From: Octopus bimaculoides
Lineage: Eukaryota
Assembly: GCF_001194135.2 (NCBI RefSeq)
Contig: NC_068994.1
Span: 35,130,811-35,194,810 of the forward strand
Length of the DNA: 64,000 nucleotides
Reading direction: 5' to 3'
The notes under the pieces were generated by a model. That model was not told the DNA's origin. It was given only the letters and a program-made list of their open reading frames with translations, and searched no databases. Positions 1 through 13,226 of the stretch are shown piece by piece (the stretch's first letter is position 1; each line of letters starts with the position of its first letter). A program made the translations under genes and the position numbers.

Positions 1-518
1 TATATATATATATATATATATTAATAGATGATATCTGTTTTCAAAATGGAGGCTTAAACCTTTAACAGAATAACAATAGCTTCAGAAATATTGCATGTCC
101 AACAAAGATAACCGAATGCAAGTTGTTAGAACTAGAAGAAGAAAGGGGATACAAACAAATGCATATATACACATGCGAGTATCCAAACATATTTGTGTGC
201 ACATGCATGTGTTTGTGCTTAGACACAGAGGAGGAGAAGAATGTGTGAGTGTATGTGTGAATACACACACACATATAGCTAGCTAGCTAGATAGATTTAC
301 ACATACACACACATATACATAGACATTTGTGTATTAGGCATTTGTGTGTATTTTCTTACAAGTTTGTATGTTTAGATATTAAGTGTAGAAAGTAGGAAAA
401 CCATTTTCAGTGTTATTGAAATCTGAAAACAGCAATGAAGGAATAAACATATTGAGCCAAAGTGAACTTTGAATATGAAGCAATGTCTTCTGAGAAACAG
501 ACTGTATGAAAACAAAAG

Positions 519-573
<55 letters not shown>

Positions 574-750
574 TATGTACCTGTGTGTGTGTATCTGTCT
601 GCATACATGTGTATGAATATATACCATTCTTATGTAGTTCATTATCACAGCTAAAGCCTTCTAATATTTAATTTATTTCAGCATTTCTGATTCACACTGT
701 GATGTACATAAAATATGTGTGCATACATGTGTGCATACATACATACATGC

Positions 751-1942
751 TGTTGTCGGGAATTAGTAATAATGGTACACCCCTCCTATGTGATGAATGG
801 AATAACCTAGTCACTCTAAGTAAAGTGAAGTACGTGAAGTACCAGAGTACATAGCAGACAGTCAGAGATAGTGGTGTCTTTGCTGATTTTACTAAGTATA
901 CTGTATACCAAAGTGGGCGTTATAACAATCAAACATTTTAAGGTTATAACAGTAGCAACAAGGATTTAAACAACTCATGAGGAATTAACAACTCACAAGG
1001 CGGTAACAAATTCACAAAATTTTTGTTGTGTGAATTTTACGGAAAAAAAAAATCATAAAATCATGGAAAATTTGTCGGTTAGTTTGCTCAAATTGCAAAA
1101 ACATCAAACAGCAACTGAAGGAAGAATAACTGCAACAACTATAACTGCAAGAACAAAAGCTGAAGTAACAACAATACCATCAACAACAACTGGAAAAGGA
1201 ACAAGAGTGTACCATGTGACACCAAATCCAAATATACCAGCAGGTAGGTCAGCTACAAAGCTGATGTTTGCAAGGAAAATAAAATCAGTCTTTCATAAAT
1301 TGCTACCTCGCAAGAAAAGATGTGCTAGGGAAGACATAGCAAGATTCTTTAAAGTTGGTGAAAAGGTGTATATGGAAAGCAGAGTTAGGAAGAGGGTGTC
1401 ATTTACCAAATGCTTAGGTAAAATAATGTATTGGGTAAAAAGTAGAAAAGGCATACAAAAGAGACACAGGAACCAACTGAAAAAGAGATTCGTGGAAAGT
1501 GAACCAAAGAAGTTGGAGGAACTGATGGAATGGCTGTATGATACGTTCCAAGTACCCAACGCCACTGTAGATGATTGAACCCAGGCGTACAAGTGAGAGG
1601 GAAAGAAAACATATAGAGTTCCTGAAAACAGATGCCATGCACAAAAAATATTAATTTGTATGAAAAAAAAGAAAAACTCAAAAAAAGGAAGGTGGGGTAT
1701 ATAAAAAAATTGCTGAATAAAATGATACTTCCTAAGAAAAACTTAAAATGGGAGATGTTGTAGGGAATTAGTAATAATGGTATACCCATCCCATGTGGCG
1801 AATGGAATAACCTACTCCAAAAGAGAAGTATGTGAAGTACCGGAGTACATAGTAGGAGGTCAGAGATAGTCATGTCTTTATTGGTTTTACTAAGTATACT
1901 GAAGTGGAAGTTATAACACTCCAACATCTTAAGGATATAACA
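751..1942 (+). mobile_element. Internally deleted Gypsy-type LTR retrotransposon (~1.2 kb) with both LTRs
   Basis: Direct repeats 751-951 and 1756-1942, both TGTTGT...TATAACA, roughly 80-85% alike by eye. After the 5' LTR, GTAGCAACAAGGAT is a CpG-decayed TGGCGACGAGGAT (tRNA-Ser-type PBS). Purine tract AAAATGGGAGA precedes the 3' LTR. No clean TSD; the flanks are CA/TA-rich. Confidence 0.88.
1063..1578 (+). pseudogene. Gag-start / integrase C-terminus fusion ORF of the LTR element (171 aa from ATG 1063)
   Basis: LMFARKIKSVFHKLLP, FKVGEKVY and LGKIMYWVK...KRHRNQLKKR match the post-catalytic tail of Gypsy integrases. RRTSERERK follows in another frame. No RT or RNaseH present. Confidence 0.75.
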
Positions 1943-2380
1943 CACACATGCATATATATTTATATCCATGATTGTATAAAGAATGCTCAGACAGCATATA
2001 TACACAGTCTTTACTGAAACATTAGTAAAATACAGTAGATGCTGTAAATACAGTAATACACAGAAAATGATGATTTAACATTTTCATTGAACACTTTCAG
2101 ACTGTTATATGGTTACTTTACATCAGCAGTCTGTTTTAACTTATACATTACCAAATGAAAAAAACTTAGGATGAAGATACTTATGACAATCATATATCTT
2201 TCACTTGTTTCAGTCAGTGGACTGTAGCCATGCTGGAGCATTGTCTTCAAGAGTTTAGTCAAACAAATCAACCGCAGGACTTTTTTTTTGTTTTGTTTTA
2301 AAGTAGGTACTTATTCTTTCAGTTTTTCTTTTTTTTACCTTATTAGAAACATAATTTCTCTCCTGTATTTTTTAATCTAG

Positions 2381-2477
2381 AGGCACAGGCATGGTTGAGT
2401 AGTAAGAAGCTTGCTTCCTAACCACATGGTTTTAGATTCAGTCCCATTGCATGGCACCCGTTGTGTATATATGTGCA

Positions 2478-2530
<53 letters not shown>

Positions 2531-2885
2531 NNNNNNNNNNNNNNNNNNNNNNNNNNNNNNNNNNNNNNNNNNNNNNNNNNNNNNNNNNNNNNNNNNNNNN
2601 NNNNNNNNNNNNNNNNNNNNNNNNNNNNNNNNNNNNNNNNNNNNNNNNNNNNNNNNNNNNNNNNNNNNNNNNNNNNNNNNNNNNNNNNNNNNNCCCCCCC
2701 CATCACTTGACAACTTGTATTGGTGTGTTTACATCACCATACCTTAACAGTTTGGCAATAGAATAAGTACCAGGCCTAAGAAAAAATGTCCTTGGATCAA
2801 TTTGTTTGACTAAAACCCTTCAAAGCAGTGCTCCAGCATGGCTGTATTCGAATGACTGAAACAAGTAAAAGATAAAAGATAAAAT
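2381..2885 (+). mobile_element. tRNA-derived SINE, family A (CORE-like centre), interrupted by N gap 2531-2693
   Basis: A-box-like GGCATGGTTGAGTAGTAAG, B-box-like GATTCAGTCCC, and tail ...ATGACTGAAACAAGTAAAAGATAAAAG shared with many copies in the window. Confidence 0.8.
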
Positions 2886-4780
2886 ATGTAGTATTTTCGT
2901 TTATATAAGGAGTCTAGGACATTTACTCCCCATGGACAATAACCACACCCAAGACGATGATTTAAAAACTTCTTAATATATTGGAGAGGAGGTAATTAAC
3001 CAAAGGGGGTAATTTTCCTTGGGGGTAGCTGCCGTCGGGGGAATTGTTCTCACAGGAGTAATAGCCCTGATACATATGTAAGTATCTTCTACTATAGTCC
3101 TGAGCCATGTGCAAGTGTTTTCTACTATATCCCTGCCTTGTAAGTGAATTTGTTAGACTGAAACCGCATGTGAGTGCGTGCGTGTGTCTGTTTTTTATGT
3201 GTGCATGCATGTGCATCTTTGCGTATGTATTTCTCCCTGCCACTGCTTAACAACTGATATGGGTTCATTTACATGTCTGTGAACAAACTTAGCGTCTCAG
3301 CAAATGAGACCAACAGAATAAGTACCAGATTTTAAAAAGATGAAAAATTACTGAGGTTAGTTTGTTTGACGGAGCACTTCAAAACAATGCCCCTGCATGG
3401 CCACAGTCCAACGACAAACAAGTAAGAGGCAAAAAATAAACTAAAAACATATTTCCAAATGCAAAGGCACAAATACATGCCTAAAACAGTGGCAACATCA
3501 ACCACTTGCTTCTTTAAAGACGAAACACTGCATTAGGTCTTCAAACTTCTTTGAATAAATTCTCAGCCATTGCAACTGTCATCATCATCATCATCATCTA
3601 ATGTCCGTTTTCCATGCTGGCATGGGTTGGATAGTTTGACAGAAGCTGATCAGCTGAAGAGCTGCCCAGGCTCTGTGTCTCTTTTGGCATGGTTTCTATG
3701 AATGGATGCCCTTCCTAACAACAACCACTTTACAAAGTGTAATGGGTGCATTTACACAACACCAGCACAGGTGCTTTTTACATGGCACCAGCACCCATGC
3801 AAGGTAAGGAATGCTCAATCAAACAATTAGTTATACATCAGCCTTGGGTAGTAAGGTTTAATATGCTGCCCAATTTAACACCACTACATTGCACCTTACA
3901 CTCCTTTACTGGAGTTCACTATTTCAATCTTTTGGGCTAGTCTCCTGATTGATGATACTTTCCTTTCCCTATACCTGTCTCTGAAGCCCTTCACCTCCTG
4001 ACTAATGTTGAAAAAAAAAAAAAGCATCTATCCCAGTCATATGATGAAAGTGATAGTTTGACCTTTTGTGATCAGAAGAAAAAGTGAACAATTTTACAGA
4101 GCTTCTCCTAGTATCTATTACCATCAGCTAGCTGATACGGTACAATGAAGATGAAAGTTTTAACTGCAGCATATTTGAACAGGCTGTCTTTGATCAGATA
4201 GTCTAATACTCATCGGTTTTACTACAATATGTCTGTGTGTATGTGTTATTAATGTTATTGTTGTTTATGTTTGGGTTAACCTCCTTTGAGGAGATAAACG
4301 AACAAAGGTGTTTGAGTCATAATAATAGCTTATTTTTAGCCATTGTTTGGCCATCAGAAATATTCTCTAACTTAGAAAATAGGTGAGGATTAGCAACAGG
4401 AAGAGCATCTGATCATAGAAAAAGCTGCCTCAACAAATTCTGTCTGACCCATGCAAGCAGGGAAGGTGAATATATGATGATGATGCAGTATCTCATCTAA
4501 CAGCTTTCTTTTTAATATGGTAGAGTGATTCAAGGTAGATTTGGTTACTACTTTTATTTCAACAAAATAAGAGACTTTGTAAGGCTCTCTCAATGCGTCA
4601 CGTGTATATGTATGTGTACATATGTCCTTGATAGATCCAGTCCAGTAACCCTTTGGAGATGAAGCATGCTGCTGCTTCTACAACAGAAGTAGCACTATTT
4701 TCATTATGTATATACCAATAGAATAACAGTATTGAAACTCAGAATTCTTTGTAAAAAGTAAAAAATTATCCAAATCTCAA

Positions 4781-4992
4781 TCATCATCATCATCATCATC
4801 ATCGTTTAACGTCCGCTTTCCATGCTAGCATGGGTTGGACGATTTGACTGAGGACTGGTGAAACCGGATGGCAACACCAGGCTCCAGTCTGATTTGGCAG
4901 AGTTTCTACAGCTGGATGCCCTTCCTAACGCCAACCACTCAGAGAGTGTAGTGGGTGCTTTTACGTGTCACCCGCACGAAAACGGCCACGCT
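4781..4992 (-). mobile_element. Young 3' fragment of an RTE-type LINE/SINE tail ending in (GAT)n
   Basis: Reverse complement of ...AACCCATGCTAGCATGGAAAGCGGACGTTAAACGATGATGAT. CpGs intact. Same tail type as the LINE end at ~58600-58760. Confidence 0.8.
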
Positions 4993-6150
4993 AAAGAATA
5001 ACACATAGAGATAAATTCTTTCTCTTTACTAGCACAAGGATAGTTGTTCAATAAACCAGCCTGATCATCTTATAAAAAGTTAGATAAATTATACAGTAAG
5101 ATGCAAGTATATATCCATTTGAGAAATATAGTGGGGGTGGTTTACTACACTTTGAAACATAATCTTCAGAAAATAATAACTCAATATTCTGTTTTACACC
5201 TTGAAGACTAGCTATTTTTAAAATTGAGTTTAGGCAAATCTTAGTAATGGGAATTGACTAAACTTTTGCTGTCGGTGACAGGCTCAGCTTAATTTCGGCA
5301 GTAGAGATTGTGCTAAATTTTCTAGAACAGCCAATTTCAAAACTATTTAAAAAAATTTTCTTTGTTATTTATAAGACACAAAGTATTGTTTTACAGAACA
5401 ATTGTATTGGGAGCCTTCTGAGAGTTATGTTCTATAAGAAATGTGAAATGCAATCTGTTGAGAGAATATGGGATTACATAAAAAGGGTACATGAAATTAG
5501 ATATTAATGAACAATAGAAATATGTATTCTACCTCTCTCACACACATACAACATACATAAATATATACATGTGCACACACATTCATACACACAGAGGGAG
5601 GGAAAGAGGTGCTTGAAGTATAAACAAGAGAAAATATCCTCAATACATATAATGCACTTTATTCATTCACTTAAAGCTGATGATTCTCTCAACCAGCAAT
5701 TTTAAGTTTCTTGCTTTGTGTCATATTTCATGTAACAAGAAAAAGAATCTTTTTGCTGCATGGACTACACACAGAAACCGAGTAGCTGTTCAAGAATCAC
5801 CAGTGACAAATGAATATATAACAATAACAACAATAGTTTCTGATTTAGACACAAGGCCATCAATTTTGAGGAGTGAGGATAAACTGATATCACAGACCCC
5901 TTTATTTAACTAGTCCTTTATTTTATCGACCTCTGGGATTTAAGCTCGAAATGTAGAGGTGAAAAAGCAAATAAATAAATAAGGCATTTTATCTGATGCA
6001 CCAACAACACAACATAATTTGTAAGTTGTTTCATGAACAAAGAAAAACGCGCTAAAGTAGATTTGTTATAACACATAGTTAAAGACAGGTACTGTTTCAT
6101 AACTTTAAAATATTATAATATTGTGTGTGTATGTTTTGGATGGATGGATG

Positions 6151-6213
<63 letters not shown>

Positions 6214-9200
6214 GATATATGTGCATACATTAACCTGTTGTTACCAGATTGTCATATCGACAGAAATGGATTATATTCTCTAAACAAGTAACTGATTGAA
6301 GACCATAACATACTCTACTCCCTGAGGTATTCAGTACCTTTTTTTGTATCTGTAAGTTTTGCTCAAACAAACAAAATACAGGGTCAAAGCAAAGACAAGC
6401 CCACACATGCATAGATACATACACATACATAGACACGTGAAATTTTCATGGTTTAGATTTGACAAACTAGTCTCAATTGTTCTTTTGAACTATTTTACTT
6501 CAAATTTATGCCATTAATATCCTTGGGAAAGGCATAAATACCACAAACTAACATTTTCTTTCCCCCACTTCCTTCCTTAGTCACACAGAAGAATATCTGA
6601 TAATAAAAAAGAAGTCAAACATATAACCATTGTTCATACTTGCATCTGATAAATATTTATTGATTAACAGATGTGAATGTGTGTGTAAGTGTATACGTAT
6701 GTGTGTGTGGTGGGGAGTATGGTTATTGAACATAAACACTCTTTGTTTCTTTCACCAGCGCTCACACATATTTTCCGGTGTTATCTCGTAAAATATATGC
6801 ATATATTCTCTTTCAGTAATGCAACGAAACAAACACGACTGTAGACTTAACATTTTATGTGTGATACAAAGAGAGAGAGACATGAGAAAGATGGGGGAAA
6901 GATGATGTGATGAGGTGATTAGGTGATGAGGATCTATATTTTCCAGTTGACACCAACCTCTGGGACTAGAACACCAGAGAAATATCGCGCTGAACTAAAC
7001 TGCAGTCAAGAGACTCTAATAATGGAAGTAGTCTCACTTGGAGATTAAAACTAATGTTAGATATTATCACTAGTAAACAACTGAGAAAAAATCAGCACCC
7101 AGCCATCGACATTTCCAATTTATGAGTGTCACAGAAACTCGAACACATCAACGAAGATGATTCTTGTTTTTTTTTTTACTTTTCTTTCTTCAATGCTCTT
7201 TATTCAAATACTAATAGTAGAGTTCACTTTAAACTGGGCTTTAAAAACCACTGACATGCAATAGGTTAAGAAATATGAATATTTAAATTTCAAAGATATT
7301 TTACTTTTGAGGATTAGAGGTATGTTCCATGGCAGAGAGTTTTTTTGCAGTTTGCAGAAGTAAATTGGTTATGGAAAAAAACTTGGTGGAATTTTAGATT
7401 GGTGTTTTACAGAGATTCCTTGGAGGGAATTCATCAGACAGGAAGAAAAATATGTGATAGCAAATAAAATTTTGGGAACTAGATTTGTGGCTGTGGTAAG
7501 AAGCTATGTGGAAAAGAAAGATGGTGGCAATGATATGTCAGGGCACACCCACAAGTTACAGGAAGATGAAAAGCAGCATGGGTAGGTAAATAAGTTCATA
7601 AGTGCATGAAGGAAAATAACAAATGGATAGAGATGGAGATAGAAGTTAAATGCAGTGAGTGGTGAACATGGTAGAGGTATAGTCAATAATACATATTAAT
7701 ATGTATTTCAACAGTAAGCTTAAACAAGCCAACAAAGGATTCCCTATGTAATTGCTTGACCTACTAAAAAAAACAGCCAAATTTCCCTCAAATTTCACAC
7801 ATAACTACGTTTGAAAAGAAAGGCAAATTAGATAATGTAATCCTGGATTTGTTATGCATAAGAAAATGATGCTATGGTTACTGCAAAAATACCGTTAGCC
7901 AAAAGTATAATTAACCAGAGGTAAGTTGAAGATAAACAGCAAAAACAATTAATAAGTCTACATATAACCTCTGTTAGAAGGTTGCAATTATTAAAAAGAA
8001 GCTTCTCTCTCTCTCTCTCTCTTTCATACACACATGCACACAATGCACCTAAGTTTGAATTTGTGTGTGCGTGTATGTGTGTCCTCTGCTTCATAGTTGA
8101 GTGAAATGAGCTTGAGAGTTTAGTGACATGAGAAAGAATACTTGATCCCAACATGCAAGCTCCTACATATTAAAAAAAGATATGCATGTATGTCATACAT
8201 ATAATACATTATATATACAAATATATACACACACATTACACACACACATGTAAATGGGTTTGTTAAAGTCTACAAGGTGTCAAAAGAAGGTGAGTATAAA
8301 AAAAAGAAAACACCAGCCATCTCAATATTTTATGTAGTCTATGTCTAAAACAAAACACGAACACAATACTGAAACATGCAAAAATACATAAATTCACAAA
8401 TGTGCACTTGCATGCACACACACACAGTCACGTACAGAAATAGACACTCGTGAATTGAAAATATTCAGAAAATACACAGAAACACAAACATAGACTCATT
8501 AGCATAAAATTATTCATAAATGCAAACATACAACCTCCACTCATTCATATCACCCATAAAAAAAATACACAAAGTTACAAATATGCTTACACACACCACA
8601 AATATACCGACATACACAAAAACAGATGTGACAACATCAACACATATACAGACATACTTTCATACACACATACATGCGTGTGTGTGTTTGTGTGTGTGTG
8701 TATGTCTGTGTGCATATATATATATAAATAAACATACACGCACATAAAACACAAAAATATATTTAAACATACATGCAAGTACAGACAAGTACATACACAG
8801 CCACATTCATAAAGGTAGATACACATAAGAGAAGCAGACACACATTAAAACAAACCCATCCATTCTCCAAGCACTTGCATAAAGAAAATTGAACTTATAT
8901 GGAGAAACATGTTTACATTTACATCTCTATTTACACACACAACTTCCCCGAATTCTGTCCTACTCACATGACTAAGTCAATTACACGATCAAAATAATAT
9001 ATCAATAGGCAAGAATCTTTCGTGAATTTTTATCAGAAAATCTGTTATCTATTCTATGTAGCTAGGTAAAGTAGGATGTACACATATGCTTGATGGATTA
9101 TATCAAGAAATTTGGTACTGCAAAACAATCGAAGATGATTGCACATCTGTAAGCACTTAGGATCTGTGAATAAAGTCCTTAAAGTATCGAGGACAGAACA

Positions 9201-9528
9201 TCTTCTTTTTGCTTGGACAGTGTCCAAGAACAGACAAATGCGATTAAGAGGATACCCGAATTGCCTGTTCATTACCTGATGTCACTTCTTCTCTCACTTC
9301 TGGCACATCATGAACTAACATTCCCTTTCACTCCTTATGCAGCATCCACTCTGCCACAGGGCGCTAAATAGTGATGGTCACTCCCTTCAATATTGACGTA
9401 TGAGTGTTTGAAGGTAAGGATATTTAAAAAAAATAAAGTAACGGATTAAAAATAAAGAAGCTGTATCCATTTGCAATGAATGCATGAATGTAATTTGAGT
9501 CCGAGTAAGGAGGATGATGATGATGATG

Positions 9529-9589
<61 letters not shown>

Positions 9590-9785
9590 TAAACAAAATA
9601 ATAATAATAAACAAAATCAATGGTTAAATGGTTATCAGCAAAAAAAAAAAACATTCATCAAAAATAACTGTAATTGAGGAGGCGAGGAAACAACTGAACT
9701 AATACCAAAGATATATGGAATCAAAAAGTGTAACATGAAGGACTGAGACAGAATGTCATTTGACTAAAATATCAAAGACATACAT

Positions 9786-10158
9786 AGGTGCAGGCATGGC
9801 TGTATAGTTAAGAAGCAGGTTTTGCAACCACATGGTTTTGGATTCAGTTCTACCTTGGGTAAGTGTGTCCTACAATAGCTCTGTGCTAACTAATATCTTG
9901 TGAATGAATTTGGTTGAGAGAAACTGTGCGGAAACCTGTCATGTGTATGTATGTGATCATTGCCTACTGCTTGACAACTACTTGTTGGTCTGTTTATATT
10001 CCCATAACTTAGTGGTTTGACAAAAGAGACCGATAGAATACCAGACTTCAAAAGCACGAGTGCTAGTGTTAATTTATTTGACTAAAACACTTCAAGATGT
10101 TGCCCCAGCATGATTGCAGTCCAATGACTGAAACAAGTAAAAGAAAGGTAAAAGAAAG
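9786..10158 (+). mobile_element. SINE family A, near full length
   Basis: Head GGTGCAGGCATGGCTGTATAGTTAAG...GGATTCAGTTC, CCTTGGGTAAGTG core, family tail. Confidence 0.8.
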
Positions 10159-10410
10159 ATATAGACATCAAGAAATATTAATATCATAACTGGAAAAAGA
10201 TTATCAAAGTTATGTGTGAGTGGTCCACTCTAGTATAAGGTGCTGAAACATGGATATTAAATAAAAGTACTGACAAACAGATTATGTCATTGAGATGTAA
10301 GCATATAGAAGACTTTTGAGAATATATCAGAGGCAGAACACAAAGACCAAAAGCTAAGAACTTTATTAGACATTAACAAAGATAGAAAACAAAATATTTT
10401 GGCCAAAAGT

Positions 10411-10820
10411 AAGGCTGTGTGGTTAAGAAGCTCGCTTTGCAACCATGTGGTTTTGGGTTCAGTCCCACTGTGCAGCACCTTGGGCAAGTGTTTTTTTTAC
10501 TGTGGCCCCAGGCTGACCAATACCTTGTGAGAGAATTTGGTAGGCGGAAACTGTGTATAAGCCCATTGTATAGATATATATATAATTATATATGTATGCA
10601 TGTAACTTTTTGTGTTTATCCCCCATCACCACTTGACAACTGGTGTTGGTTTGTTTAAATCCCTGTATAGTGGTTTGGCAAAAGAGACCAACAGAATAAG
10701 TACCAGACTTATATTTAAGTACTGTGGGTGATCTGTCCGACTAAACCCTTCAAGGTGGTGCCCCAGCATGGCTGTAGTCCAATGACTGAAACAAGTAAAA
10801 AAATAAATAAATAAAAGATA
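10411..10820 (+). mobile_element. SINE family A, near full length
   Basis: GGCTGTGTGGTTAAG (A box), GGTTCAGTCCC (B box), CCTTGGGCAAGTG (CORE-like), family tail. Confidence 0.85.
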
Positions 10821-11599
10821 AACGATGTAATTAGTAAAAATGGATTATAGATAGTGTTAATAGAAGGTAAATAAATGAGAGAAGTGAAAGCAGAAAATGA
10901 AGAATTATGTGGATGGAATATATCAAGAATTGAACATATTTAAACTATAGTGAATGTATAAGAGCAGCAGAAGAAAGATGAACATGGTGATCCATGGTAT
11001 TCAACCTCTGAGATGAAACATTTGATGATGATGATGATAATGGTGTGAAGTGTTTCTAGCCAAAAGCAAAACATAGGCTTGATACTCATGGCACAGTAAT
11101 CCCATAATGTATTCACTCACCAATTATCTCTCTCTCATTCTCTCTCCTCTTTCTTTCCTTCCCCCCCCCTCCCCACAAACATATTTAAGGCATATATAAC
11201 ACAGTACGCCTGATCAATAAATGTTATTACTCCAACTTTCCAATTAAGTCATTAGTCATTATTTAGCATTAGTAAAGAAGAAGTTTCCAGCTAGTGATTC
11301 AAAAAATGGCCCAAATAGATATTCAGTTTCTCAAAACTCATTCTACTTATGTGTACATGTAAAAACTGGATGCAGATTAATTTCAAAAACTGAAAGGGGT
11401 TAAAAAGAAAACTTGTGTGAACACCATAGGATCGGGTAGTGATTTTTAGATGACCTATACTGCCTAGAACAGCTTCATCATTATTTCATATCTAAAAATC
11501 AATCAGACATTTTAAATTATATCTAAAAAAAATTCACTTGATTGATTAACATGAAGTTCTTCAACAACCCACAGATTTTTAAAATTTTTATATGATTAA

Positions 11600-11960
11600 G
11601 TCTCAGAAAGCTTAAATGACTGAATTTCATAGACACAAGGAAAACAAGATGATGGGAGTGAGTTTCAAGAGTTTGAGGAAAGAAAATGTTAGAATAAAAG
11701 AACTTATGATGAACAAGAAGCTCAACAGAGAAACAATGCACCTGGGAAGAAAGATGTTATAATAGAGGATACTAGACCAGAAAGCTCATCAGAGCAATGA
11801 TCATGGAAATACTTATAAAAAGACATAATAAAGATCACTTTTGATGATGTGCCAAAGACTCCAACCTAGCAGAAAGATGGCCCACCATAAACCTCTGGCT
11901 TACCAGTTCCAGTCAAACCATCTAATCTATGCCAACATGGAAAACAGCCATTAAATATTG
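11600..11960 (+). mobile_element. Degenerate RTE-type LINE 3' end
   Basis: ENKMMGVSFKSLRKENVRIK resembles the RTE ORF C-terminus and is followed by the family tail CCAGTCAAACCATCTAATCTATGCCAACATGGAAAAC. Confidence 0.55.
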
Positions 11961-12270
11961 ATGATCTTGGATTTGATGAATCATGTTAAGACAATCAAAG
12001 GCAGCACCAATGCAAAGTTGAATGGTGGCCTTACAGAGACGCAAGATGTGCTGCCTCCACCCTTTGCTCTTTCTGCTGACTTTTCCATGTTTGCATCTGG
12101 ATGCTCTTCCTGTCACCAACCATTTCCAAGCATGGTAATATTTTCCTATAGCCAAATATATTTTTCATAGAAGACTGGAAATGAACAACCTCGCTACTAT
12201 GATGATGATGATGATGATGATGAGATGATGATGATGCTCATTTACAATCATCATGTGATGTCTCGGCAAG

Positions 12271-12331
<61 letters not shown>

Positions 12332-12505
12332 ATACATGTATATAATGATGACAACTGTATAGTAATGTAAGACAATAAAAGACAGGTTATAGATCTCATA
12401 ATATAGATGTCTGCTTAGAATTAACATAAGTGGCTAGCTCACTGGTAAAGTGCCTGATGAGAACTCTTTAGGCTGCCATTCCTTCAGACTATGAACAATC
12501 TCCTT

Positions 12506-12583
12506 CTATACATATAAAGAAACAGGCTTTGTTTCTACACTGTTGGAGTTATGAAATTCTTTTGATGAACAGAATGGAAGGTT
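12506..12583 (-). CDS. Pcdh: Protocadherin predicted terminal coding exon (NLPFCSSKEFHNSNSVETKPVSLYV*)
   Basis: Acceptor CATTTTCCTTTTATTGTAG| ending at 12584. Phase 0 matches the donor at 12991. 25 open codons, then TAG at 12508-12506. Confidence 0.65.
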   Translation of the reverse strand, partial: NLPFCSSKEFHNSNSVETKPVSLYV

Positions 12584-12990
12584 CTACAATAAAAGGAAAA
12601 TGTATAAGTGAAAAATAAGCCTCAAAAATAAAAACTGTGTGTGCGTGTTATACATACATACATACACACACACACATACTTTTATATACAGCTTACACTC
12701 CAGGGCACTCCATGTGTGTGTGTGTGTGTGTGTGTGTGCATGTGTGAATTGTGATTCTCAGCTTAAATTAAAAACTTAGTACCCAGTTGATGCAAGAATG
12801 TTTTCTCCTTTCTCTCTCTATATATAAACCTATCAATCTATCTATTTATCTTCGACACAATCCATTCTATAATGAATTGTGTCAAAGAGAGAGAGAGAGA
12901 GTATAGATGGATAAGCCAATAGATATGCATGCTAAATTCTACCAACTTCAGAAATTCATTTTTCTCTATCCTTCTCTCCTTGCTACTTAC

Positions 12991-13124
12991 TGCTCTTTGA
13001 TAACATCTCATCATCCCATTGAAAGAACTATCTGGTAGCAAATCCTTGCCAAGTTCTGTACAGTTTAAATCTTCATTGTCACTAAGAGGACAGGGGTCAA
13101 TTTTATTATTTAACCTCCACTGTT
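12991..13124 (-). CDS. Pcdh: Protocadherin cytoplasmic exon, 134 nt ((E)QWRLNNKIDPCPLSDNED...MMRCYQRA)
   Basis: Acceptor GTTATTTTAG| (phase 1), donor GCA|GTAAGT (phase 0), open frame throughout. Phase matches the upstream 154-nt exon. Confidence 0.72.
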
Positions 13125-13226
13125 CTAAAATAACATCAACCATATTCACCTTACTATACTCCTGAACCTTATAAATTACAATTCCAGGAGAGATCTACCA
13201 GGCTGTGTGCTATGCCTTTGCCTTAC

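Noticed and set aside
5440-5490. VERIWDYIKR resembling the Tc1 PIENLW motif
   Set aside because: No flanking SPDLN, other transposase motifs or TIRs were found.
6245-6349. Phase-0 candidate exon IQKKVLNTSGSRVCYG...RYDNL
   Set aside because: Weak acceptor and donor, no recognisable motif, and a nearer, stronger terminal exon (12583-12506) already closes the model.
9353-9366. GCCACAGGGCGCTA as a CTCF site
   Set aside because: It is three bases too short to align in register with the core motif.
13010-13040. WIRS (WAVE-binding) motif at DSSF in the tail
   Set aside because: The required hydrophobic residue three positions before Phe is Asp.
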